Source of the DNA: Promethearchaeum syntrophicum
GTDB taxonomy: Archaea; Asgardarchaeota; Lokiarchaeia; Sigyniarchaeales; Promethearchaeaceae
Direction: 5' to 3'
DNA length: 32,000 nucleotides
NCBI RefSeq assembly: GCF_008000775.2
Contig: NZ_CP042905.2
Location: 420,001-452,000, forward strand
The notes beneath the pieces were generated by a model that worked only from the letters and a program-made list of their open reading frames with translations, searched no databases and was not told the DNA's origin. Of the stretch, positions 18,685 through 26,745 are shown in pieces. Each line of letters opens with the position of its first letter. The first letter of the stretch is position 1. The translations under genes and the position numbers were made by a program.

Positions 18685-18891
18685 ATGAAAGTATTTGCAT
18701 GGAGCCCTATTCGGGAACTTATGAAAAAATCTGGCGCAGAAATGGTGAGCCGGGACGCAGTCGACGAATTAATCGTTTACTTAGAAAAAGTTGCTAAAAA
18801 CCTAACAAATAAAGCCCTTGAGATGTCACGACACTCTGGTCGAAAGAAATTGACCAAAGCTGACATGGAAATGGCCATCTCTTTAGTTTAA
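18685..18891 (+). CDS. Archaeal histone (68 aa)
   Basis: MKVFAWSPIRELMKKSGAEMVSRDAVDELIVYLEKVAKNLTNKALEMSRHSGRKKLTKADMEMAISLV. Track start 18640 is an upstream TTG; ATG at 18685, preceded by gcggag, fits the family start. Confidence 0.92.
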   Translation: MKVFAWSPIRELMKKSGAEMVSRDAVDELIVYLEKVAKNLTNKALEMSRHSGRKKLTKADMEMAISLV

Positions 18892-19022
18892 GCGAACTTT
18901 ATTAAAAATTAAATAATTTAAACCAATTTTTTTCCTTTTTTCTCTTCATGATTTTTTTGATAAGTAGAGGTTATGAAAAATAAAATGGAATTAATTTTCT
19001 AGATCTAATTCTATTTTTCTTT

Positions 19023-19085
19023 CGAAATAAATTAACCAAAAATGCCATAGAAATGGCAATTTCTTTAGTTTAAGCGAATTTTTTT
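19023..19085 (+). pseudogene. Relic of the 3' end of a histone gene (partial tandem duplicate)
   Basis: 19023-19082 aligned to 18841-18900 gives 51/60 identical by hand count. It translates RNKLTKNAIEMAISLV* versus RKKLTKADMEMAISLV* and retains the shared post-stop sequence gcgaa. Confidence 0.85.
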
Positions 19086-19157
19086 AAAATTTCATCAATT
19101 TAAACTAAAATTTGCTACCTTTCGGATATAGATCCTTTTTTTTCTTTGTATTATTAG

Positions 19158-19349
19158 ATTGACGAAAGGGGCAGAGATGTGTCCCGTGACGCTTTGCATG
19201 TGTTATTAAAAAAAGTAGGGAGAAATTTTACAAAAATAAATCTTGAAATCCCAAGCGATTTTGACCAAAAGAAATTAAACAAAGTTGATTTGAAAATGGG
19301 AAAAAAAATTATATCCCTTTTGATTTCAAGCCTATTTCTTCCCAATTAA
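19158..19349 (+). pseudogene. Second decayed histone-like copy
   Basis: Frame starting 19176 reads DVSRDALHVLLKKVGRNFTKINLEIPSDFDQKKLNKVDLKMGKKIISLL..., parallel to the intact MVSRDAVDELIVYLEKVAKNLTNKALEM...KKLTKADMEMAISLV. The preceding GAEM is in another frame (gcagagatg|tgtcccgtgac vs gcagaaatggtgagccgggac), and there is an in-frame stop at 19155-19157 with no ATG. Confidence 0.68.
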
Positions 19350-19388
19350 TATAAGATAACCAAAGGTGATATGGGTATATAGTACTTA

Positions 19389-20423
19389 TCACCATTTTTT
19401 TATATGGAAAATAACTGTTAAAGAGGAAAGTTGTTCATTCACCAAGACTGGGAGTAAAAATTTATCCCCATCTTTCAATTGTGTTCCTTTTGAATCCACA
19501 AATACACCGTTGAAATAGGTTTTTTTTAAATTAGATCGATCTTTCAAATAATATTTCTTAGGTTCAGTTTGCTCGATAATGCAATGTTCTTTCGCTTCTT
19601 TACTCTCGGGATCCTGCATGATAATTGGGGAGAAGAAATCTTTAGGTATTTGAATTCCTAAATTATCCTTTTCAAAATCTTGTCTTCCAAGTAATTCAAT
19701 AGAATTTTTAAAAGGTAGATCAATTTTTAATTGAATTTGTTCAATTTCTAAGAATGCTGAAGTCAATGGGAGAAGTTTTTCTTTCTTTTCCGATTTAACG
19801 GGTGTAGATTTTTTAGAAACCGTCTTTTTAGTGGTTTTTTTTGTAGTCTTTTTTACTACTTTCTTAGTGGATTTCTTAGGAGTTGATACAGCTTTCGGTT
19901 CCTTTTTGACTGGTTTTTTCTCTATGGGTTTTTGTATTACCTTTTTTACTTGTGGTTTCTTTTGTGGTTTTACTGGTTTTTCTTTTTGAACTTTCGCTGT
20001 TTCTAGTTTTTTGACATCCTTTTTCTTTGCACTTATAAGAGGTTTTTTTTGAAGATTGCGTAAAATTGGACTCGAAAGGGGATCAAATGCACCCGCATGA
20101 ACTGAGTTCAAAACTTTTTTTATAGGGGCAGGGGCGTATCCTCCAATAGATAAATTATTACTTGACTTTTTAGAAGAATCTCTCTTATTATCTTCATGAA
20201 TCTCGCCTTTCATTATGGAAATATCAAGATTTATCTTTTTAAGAACTTTATTTGCTTCCTTTTTGACTTCTCCTTTAAGATTAGGTTCATTTAGAGTGTC
20301 ATTACAGATGTCTTTGATGATTTGAAGCAAAGTTTTATTTTTTTGATGCGATTCTTCTTTTAGGTCTACTTTATTTTGAATTTTATCGATTTTTTCTTGA
20401 AATTCTTTTAAAGTCGTCATCAA
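19389..20423 (-). CDS. FHA-domain-like protein with N-terminal helical region and Lys/Pro/Ala-rich (histone H1-like) linker
   Basis: C-terminal IELLGRQDF...DPESKEAKEHCIIEQTEPKKYYLKDRSNLKKTYFNGVFVDSKGTQLKDGDKFLL resembles FHA (GR, H, N, G-x-x-L-x-x-GD-x-I). Central KKSTKKVVKKTTKKTTKKTVSKKSTPVK. Confidence 0.75.
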   Translation of the reverse strand: MMTTLKEFQEKIDKIQNKVDLKEESHQKNKTLLQIIKDICNDTLNEPNLKGEVKKEANKVLKKINLDISIMKGEIHEDNKRDSSKKSSNNLSIGGYAPAPIKKVLNSVHAGAFDPLSSPILRNLQKKPLISAKKKDVKKLETAKVQKEKPVKPQKKPQVKKVIQKPIEKKPVKKEPKAVSTPKKSTKKVVKKTTKKTTKKTVSKKSTPVKSEKKEKLLPLTSAFLEIEQIQLKIDLPFKNSIELLGRQDFEKDNLGIQIPKDFFSPIIMQDPESKEAKEHCIIEQTEPKKYYLKDRSNLKKTYFNGVFVDSKGTQLKDGDKFLLPVLVNEQLSSLTVIFHIKKW

Positions 20424-20502
20424 AAGAATAATAAATAGTATTAGGATTTAATTTTTTTTAATACCCTAGCAGTTTTAAATATTAGAAGAGTTAAGACATA
20501 TT

Positions 20503-21021
20503 ATGGAAAGGATTACCATTATCTTTTTAGTTTTAATGATCGTTTTTATCGTCTTAGTATTAATTTCTGTTTGGATAATCAATCATCTTCGGATAAAAGT
20601 TAAGGATGGCAAAGGATATACTGCAAATTATCCTTCTTCTTATCTTTGTATTGATGGACATGAGGTAAGAAGTTTGTCTGAATGCGTTATAGATGATTTT
20701 TTTACTCGAAATGGAATTGTTCATAAATATGAAGATGTAATTCTAAAAACTACCGGGAAAAAATTCATGTATGATTGGTATTTCAAAGAAGTGGATGTAT
20801 ATGTTGAATTTTTTGGATTTTCTGGGAAAAAATATAAGGATACAATGGAAGAAAAAATAACTTTCTATCGAAGGAATAAACTGAAAATGGTTGCCCTTGA
20901 ACCAGATGTATTATCCGATATTGAAGTAAAAATACCTGAAAAGTTTGGAAAATTATGGAAAGAGATAATCCATGAAAAACATTGTCCAAGTTGTGGAAAT
21001 ACCCTTGATGACAGGATTTAG
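20503..21021 (+). CDS. Membrane-anchored PD-(D/E)XK-like nuclease-fold protein with C-terminal CxxC
   Basis: N-terminal TM helix; HEVRSLSECVIDDFFTRNGIVHKYEDVI...FMYDWYFKEVDVYVEFFG...YRRNKLKMVAL; CPSCGN at the C-terminus. Fold assignment by motif spacing only. Confidence 0.6.
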   Translation: MERITIIFLVLMIVFIVLVLISVWIINHLRIKVKDGKGYTANYPSSYLCIDGHEVRSLSECVIDDFFTRNGIVHKYEDVILKTTGKKFMYDWYFKEVDVYVEFFGFSGKKYKDTMEEKITFYRRNKLKMVALEPDVLSDIEVKIPEKFGKLWKEIIHEKHCPSCGNTLDDRI

Positions 21022-21041
21022 TGTGAAAATTGAGTTAAAAA

Positions 21042-22223
21042 TTAAATTTTTACCATTTTTTTAATTGGAATGAATGTTTCGAGGGTTCTTGTATTTTCTA
21101 CATATTTCTCATATATTCTCATTGATACTACAGGAAATTGATTTAAAATCGTTTCCTTCAAAATATTTACATCCAAATTTTCAGAAAATAGAGGTTTATT
21201 GCCCCTTAATACTAAATATAATATCGGTTTTTGAGATTGGGTTAATTTTTTAATTTTATTATCATTTGAGAATTTACTTGTTAGTTTTTCAGTGATAAAA
21301 GAAATAATCTCATGTTCCATTTGAAAAACCTCTGGAAAATAAATGGTAACCCACATATGGTCTCGATTTTTAAGAGATACATTTTTAACATCAACAGAAA
21401 ACTTAAGCCTATTATCAGATACTTCATTTTTTTCAGTTATTTCACCAAGGAAAATTCCGCGTTTATAGTTCGATTCAACAGAACTAACCGCTTCCCCTGA
21501 ACCGGGATTAAATATCCAACCTCCAATTTTAAATTGTAAATGATAATGACCCAAAGCCAAATAATGTATACAATCTTTAAGAGGTTGAACTTTATAGAGA
21601 GGCATTCCGGGAACATTCTTCATTTGTCCCTTAATTCCAAAATGTTGGAGTAGAATATGAAAGCATCCATCAGTTTGGTTTATTCCAGATCTTATTTTTG
21701 GGAGTAATTCTTCCGTTCTCCGACCAAGATATGATGTTCCATAAATGACGACATTACCAATCCGAATTTTCCCCCCCTTTTTTGTTTGATAATCATAATT
21801 TTGAAATAAATTTTCAGAACGTGCTTCCGGATTAACATCCAGTAATACTAAAAGATCAAGTTCTTGCAGAAATCTCAACCAAGATTGTCTCCGTATAATT
21901 CTTGATCCACGAGAATATTTTCTTATATCATGGTTTCCTTCAATTGCGATTATATTGATGGAATCTTGTGTTTTTTCCTTAAAATCTTTTAAAATTTTTA
22001 CAATCCTACTAAGCTGTTCAGGGAGTAAATCCAACGAACCGAATACATCCCCTCCTAGAAGAATAAAACTAACTTTTTTAGAAATTGCTAAATCAATGAT
22101 ACCCTTCAAAATTTTTATAAAATCATCAGATCTTGCAGGGTTTTGGTATTGCCCAGTTCCTAAGTGTATATCACTAGCATGAATAAATCTAACTTTATGA
22201 TTTTCAGAATCAGATTTTAGCAT
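21042..22223 (-). CDS. mre11: Mre11-like metallophosphoesterase (DNA repair exonuclease)
   Basis: RFIHASDIHLG, FILLGGDVFG, IAIEGNHDIR, LQHFG, YLALGHYH metallophosphoesterase motifs of SbcD/Mre11 type. Confidence 0.85.
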   Translation of the reverse strand: MLKSDSENHKVRFIHASDIHLGTGQYQNPARSDDFIKILKGIIDLAISKKVSFILLGGDVFGSLDLLPEQLSRIVKILKDFKEKTQDSINIIAIEGNHDIRKYSRGSRIIRRQSWLRFLQELDLLVLLDVNPEARSENLFQNYDYQTKKGGKIRIGNVVIYGTSYLGRRTEELLPKIRSGINQTDGCFHILLQHFGIKGQMKNVPGMPLYKVQPLKDCIHYLALGHYHLQFKIGGWIFNPGSGEAVSSVESNYKRGIFLGEITEKNEVSDNRLKFSVDVKNVSLKNRDHMWVTIYFPEVFQMEHEIISFITEKLTSKFSNDNKIKKLTQSQKPILYLVLRGNKPLFSENLDVNILKETILNQFPVVSMRIYEKYVENTRTLETFIPIKKMVKI

Positions 22224-22297
22224 TAGATATTTTATTAATAAAAAAAAAATAAAAGCTAAGAGGTTAGTAGCTTAATAAAACGTTTTTTGACTGAGTT

Positions 22298-23992
22298 TTA
22301 TTTTCTTTTTTTTAATTTTGCTACTGCACGCTCTGCTAAAGCAACTGCATCATCTGCTCTTTTCTTTTCTTTGCTTAAAATATCTTTCAACCCTTCATTT
22401 TCTACTTTTAGACCAGACATTTCAAGCTCTAATGACTGTTTTTGGAAAATAGCATCATTCCTTTCTTTTTCAAAATCCTTCAAATTGATTATGGCATCAT
22501 CCCGTTCTTCCATTAAATTCATCATTTTATCATTGATTTTTTCTAGTGGAATTGAATTTAACTCAGCTAAATTATCTATTATCTTTTCCTTCATTTCTCC
22601 TTCAGGAATTAATGATTTATCCTTATCATTGGTTTTTAAATCTGATATTTCTTGCTTGAGTTCTTGGTTTTCTTGACGTAAAGCATCTATTTGATGATAT
22701 AAATCAGAAATACTTAAATTTTGATTAGAAATTATTTCTTGACTTGCACTTTCTAGAATTTCATGAGAAAGACTTCTTCTTAATTTCTCAACAATCTCAG
22801 ATTTCGGAAGAGTATCTCCTTCAGTGATATAATCTAAAACATTATATCCTGCACCACCATGGACTGTGTACCTCTTTCTAATTTTTACTCTTAAAGGGTA
22901 ATTTGGAGTAAGATCACCTGAAATTATAGCTTCTCCTGGTAATAAATTTTGAATTTCTTCATCTGCATCATATCCTAAACCTTCTACAGAATTGCAAGTA
23001 ATTTTAATGTCATTTAAATCAGTTAATTTATGAATGATCCAAGTTCCTGCTTGAGCCCGAATTATGACGTCAAGAAGTTGGGGTTTTTGAGTGATAATTA
23101 CTAGATTGTGTCCAAATTTCCTTCCTTCTTGTGCGGAAAGCTTTAAAATTTCAACCGTATCACTTTTCTTTTTCCCAGCAAATAAATGTGCTTCATCAAT
23201 AAAAAGAAAATGAGGTGGAATCTCTCGTAAAGTGCTTGCTTTATATAATCTATTACAAAAAGTCATAACAATGTTTTCTTGAACTGGGATATCAAGTCCT
23301 CGTAAGTTAATAATTATGACACTTCCTGATCTTATCAAATCTTCTACATTTGCAGCTAAGAGATATTCTATTCCCAAATCCGCCCCAGGATTCATATTAA
23401 TATCTCCAAATTCGATAATTCCTCCGAGATATTTCTGTTCGGTATCATTTTTTATGAAAAAATCTTCATTGTCAGGAATATTTTCTTTTTCTAAAATTTT
23501 TAATGAAGAATATTCACCATGTCTGTCAATTATTACTATCGGAACTTGTTTTTTCATTAATTCTTCAATAACTACTCCTACAGTGTAAGATTTTCCACTT
23601 CCAGATTTACCTGTAATAAACAATCTTCCAAAATTTTCGATATTTGGAGATGCAATAATATCTACGTTCGGGATTTTTCCTAAATGTATTGCTTTTTCGG
23701 GATTATTTTCCAAACCTAATGAATTTTTTATCTGTTCAGAAGAAGCTAAAAAAATATCTGAATCCAAATTGAATGGGGTTAATGGAGCTTTACCTATTAT
23801 ATTCAAAGTCGCATGATTTCCATTATGATCATTCCATATATTTTTAACACCCAAAACGTATGACTTTTTCTCATGGATAGTTGTTAAATAAGAATTTCTG
23901 TGCAATTTTGCTAAAATATTAACTGTAAAACTATATGGAGTTGATTTTTTTGCTATTTTTGCAATTGAAATTTGGTTTTCATCTTCACTCAT
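22298..23992 (-). CDS. herA: HerA-like ATPase (DUF87) with C-terminal coiled coil
   Basis: ITGKSGSGKSYTVGVVIEEL, FLFIDEAHLF, ITQKPQLLD, HerA-barrel-like N-terminus. Track start 24085 encodes a non-homologous hydrophobic leader; the ATG at 23992 (MSEDENQIS) is more plausible. Confidence 0.8.
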   Translation of the reverse strand: MSEDENQISIAKIAKKSTPYSFTVNILAKLHRNSYLTTIHEKKSYVLGVKNIWNDHNGNHATLNIIGKAPLTPFNLDSDIFLASSEQIKNSLGLENNPEKAIHLGKIPNVDIIASPNIENFGRLFITGKSGSGKSYTVGVVIEELMKKQVPIVIIDRHGEYSSLKILEKENIPDNEDFFIKNDTEQKYLGGIIEFGDINMNPGADLGIEYLLAANVEDLIRSGSVIIINLRGLDIPVQENIVMTFCNRLYKASTLREIPPHFLFIDEAHLFAGKKKSDTVEILKLSAQEGRKFGHNLVIITQKPQLLDVIIRAQAGTWIIHKLTDLNDIKITCNSVEGLGYDADEEIQNLLPGEAIISGDLTPNYPLRVKIRKRYTVHGGAGYNVLDYITEGDTLPKSEIVEKLRRSLSHEILESASQEIISNQNLSISDLYHQIDALRQENQELKQEISDLKTNDKDKSLIPEGEMKEKIIDNLAELNSIPLEKINDKMMNLMEERDDAIINLKDFEKERNDAIFQKQSLELEMSGLKVENEGLKDILSKEKKRADDAVALAERAVAKLKKRK

Positions 23993-24092
23993 CTTCTCTT
24001 CAAATATAAATTTAAAATAAAGTCTTATATAATTGATCAAAATATTGATTTGAAATAAGGAAAAAAGGAGGGAAAAAAACTCCAATAACGAA

Positions 24093-24449
24093 TTAAATAT
24101 CTGGATTTCTCAAGGATTTTTCTGAATTAAATTCATTTCTCTGTACTATTTTGTATGTTTTATATTCCGTGACAATTCCTTCAGGGCTTTCATTAAGTGG
24201 TACTTTTACTATTAAACTTTCATCTGTGAGAGATTCTTCTATTTTTGGAGGATAAACTGCAGAAAATTGGGTTTGTTGTTGAAATTTAGCAAATGATTTT
24301 GCCGCTTCCAATTCTTTTATTAAGAATTCGCGAACAGCTACCCTAATTAGTTCACTCCGGCTGGGATATAGTCCTTCTTCGCCAGTTAGCGCTTTGATTG
24401 CCTTTAAATACGATAACGGGAGATTGACAGTTATAATGCGAATGATCAC
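24093..24449 (-). CDS. Ribbon-helix-helix (CopG-like) DNA-binding protein, GTG start
   Basis: IIRIITVNLPLSYLKAIKALTGEEGLYPSRSELIRVAVREFLIKEL; typical RHH pattern; immediately upstream of the HerA-like gene. Confidence 0.85.
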   Translation of the reverse strand: MIIRIITVNLPLSYLKAIKALTGEEGLYPSRSELIRVAVREFLIKELEAAKSFAKFQQQTQFSAVYPPKIEESLTDESLIVKVPLNESPEGIVTEYKTYKIVQRNEFNSEKSLRNPDI

Positions 24450-24821
24450 ACACCTTCATTAATTTTCTATTGACCTTTAAGATTATTTCCGAAATTATCA
24501 AGGAAAACTATGGGTGTATCGAATAATTTAGATTTCCCCCTCTTTGGAAACCTAAATTCCACTCTCCTCTAAAATTGCTTAAATAATTTATAAGGTTTTT
24601 TGCTCTCCCCTCTTATTCAATGAGTTGATCGCTAATCACAATTGTTTGTTAAAATATTTAAGCCTTTCCTTGGTATTAACACTTAAACACTCTTATATTC
24701 TATTTAAATAGGAATATATAAAGTTCTCATTATAAAGGGAAAAAGTTTATAAGAACGAGTATTCTTGATTGAGAATTTAGGTTTTTAAGTGTAATAGAGA
24801 TATATCAAAAAACATTAATGT

Positions 24822-25076
24822 TTATTCCACTTGTTGGACTACTTTATCTACATTTTTAGATTTTTCCAGTAAATATTCATCTTGGTATAAAACGGGTTTA
24901 GTTTGGAATTCTTCAAATGCTTTTGCTGATTCTAACTCTTTTATTACCCATTCCCTAATTGCTATTCTAATTAATTCTGATCGTGAGGGATATATTTTTT
25001 TTTTACCTGTTATTTTTTCAATTGCTCTTAGATAACTCTCGGGAACATTGCATGTAATTATTCTAATAGTAAATAC
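24822..25076 (-). pseudogene. Second RHH paralog lacking a canonical in-frame start (pseudogene, non-canonical start, or assembly indel)
   Basis: Manual minus-strand translation: VFTIRIITCNVPESYLRAIEKITGKKKIYPSRSELIRIAIREWVIKELESAKAFEEFQTKPVLYQDEYLLEKSKNVDKVVQQVE*. Upstream ATG at 25083-25081 is out of frame because of a 6-G run. Confidence 0.75.
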
Positions 25077-25295
25077 CCCCCATATCTTTCTTACATCTTA
25101 GCCTCTAGTAAAAATAAAATTTTTATCGGCAAAATTATCTTTGCTACGATAGTTTAAAAAAATTTCTTTTTTCTGGAAATTAACATTGAAATGATTGAAA
25201 ACTCCCGAATCATTTCAAATTAGCAAAAATCCTTGATTATTTATAAGTAAATTTCTATTTTGGGGTAATTTTGAAAGAGATCATTTCGTTCATAT

Positions 25296-26618
25296 CTATA
25301 ACATAAATAAATAGAAAATGGAAAGATAAATAACACTGAAGAAAAGATGAAAGAGTGTAATTAGAGATCCATTTTTTAACAGCGATTTATAGTTAAAAGC
25401 TTTAACCCCGTTCTTTTTAGCTAAGTTTAAAGCCATTAGGTCACATGCTGCACCTTGAGGCAAGAAATTTGATCCCAAATTTATTCCTAGAAGAAATGCC
25501 ATTAATATTAAATCTGGAACCGCTCCGACTTCAAAACCATATAAATTCTTTAATAACGATATAAAAACAATTGCAGTAGGGACTTGTGCTAGAAATCCTG
25601 AGAGAATTCCGATTGAAAAAAGTAATATTATAGCAGAAATTAAATCGTTATCCGAAAAAATTGATGTTGTCCATCCCGCAACGATTTGAAATATTCCTGC
25701 TATCTGCATACATCCTATCATTAGAAATAATGAAATAAAAAAGAAAATAATCTTCCAATCAATTTTTGCTAAATTATCAGAGATTTGTTCTTTATTAAAT
25801 ATACTAATTAGAATAGCACCTAAGGAAGAAACTACCCAAGCATTAATAGGGAATAAAAATCCAATAATAATTGCTCCTAAATAAAGCGAATTTAAAATAA
25901 ATTGCGTTTTATTAACAATAACTAAATTAGGATCCATTATCTCTAGTAATATTTCTTTTTGCTGTTCTGTCGGTGCTTTAATTTTTCGCAACATAGTAAA
26001 ATCTAATACAACAAGGGTTAATATTAACATTGGAAAAACGTACAAAGAGAATTTACTTAAAAACCACTGTAAATCTAAAGAAAAAGCGGCTCCAATTAAA
26101 ATATTTTCAGAGGATGAAAATGGGGTATATAAACTTCCAATATTAATCGTAAATGAAATTCCAAATAGAAAAGGTGCTGGGTTAATTTTTAAAATTTTAC
26201 AAGCTCTTATTACCAATGGAATAAAAATGATTGCTACGGTTATATCTGCTATTATTGAAGCTGAAAGAGAGCTAATGATACAAATCAAATAGAAGAATTT
26301 GCGATGATTTCCTTTTGTAAAACGTAAGGTTTTTAATGCAATCCACTGGAATATTTTGTGTTTTTCACTGATCATTATTATAACTTGCATTGAAATTATG
26401 AAAATAATAGGATCAAATTCGATAAAGGCTAAAAAAGTATTAAAATTTGAATCTGGAAAGTAAATGATGGTAACAACTACAGATATAAACGCTGCCAATA
26501 GAGAAAATCCAACATAATCTAATTTTTCTTGAGAGAATACAACCATTATTCCAACAAATAGAATTAATAATAATATTATTGGAATTATTTGGACCATTAT
26601 ATTTCTCGTGATAATCAA
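25296..26618 (-). CDS. ArsB/NhaD-superfamily permease (ion transporter-like)
   Basis: About 10 hydrophobic helices; ASIIADITVAIIFIPLVIRACK...GISFTINIGSLYTPFSSSENILIG...LLGINLGSNFLPQGAACDLMAL. Confidence 0.78.
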   Translation of the reverse strand: MIITRNIMVQIIPIILLLILFVGIMVVFSQEKLDYVGFSLLAAFISVVVTIIYFPDSNFNTFLAFIEFDPIIFIISMQVIIMISEKHKIFQWIALKTLRFTKGNHRKFFYLICIISSLSASIIADITVAIIFIPLVIRACKILKINPAPFLFGISFTINIGSLYTPFSSSENILIGAAFSLDLQWFLSKFSLYVFPMLILTLVVLDFTMLRKIKAPTEQQKEILLEIMDPNLVIVNKTQFILNSLYLGAIIIGFLFPINAWVVSSLGAILISIFNKEQISDNLAKIDWKIIFFFISLFLMIGCMQIAGIFQIVAGWTTSIFSDNDLISAIILLFSIGILSGFLAQVPTAIVFISLLKNLYGFEVGAVPDLILMAFLLGINLGSNFLPQGAACDLMALNLAKKNGVKAFNYKSLLKNGSLITLFHLFFSVIYLSIFYLFML

Positions 26619-26745
26619 AACTTTATAACTTTTGGTTTCTCATAAGCTGATTTTTATTTGTTTTTCAGTGAATTTCCCTAACAAATTAATTGCCAAAATT
26701 AAAATGGTTTTGAATACTCATTCACATAACAAATAGTGAATTATA

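Noticed and set aside
19154-19345. 63-aa minus-strand ORF
   Set aside because: Antisense of the histone relic; the plus-strand histone resemblance explains the sequence better.
22287-23588. Plus-strand ORFs 22287..22676 and 23316..23588
   Set aside because: Antisense to the HerA-like gene, low-complexity Ser/Phe-rich translations.
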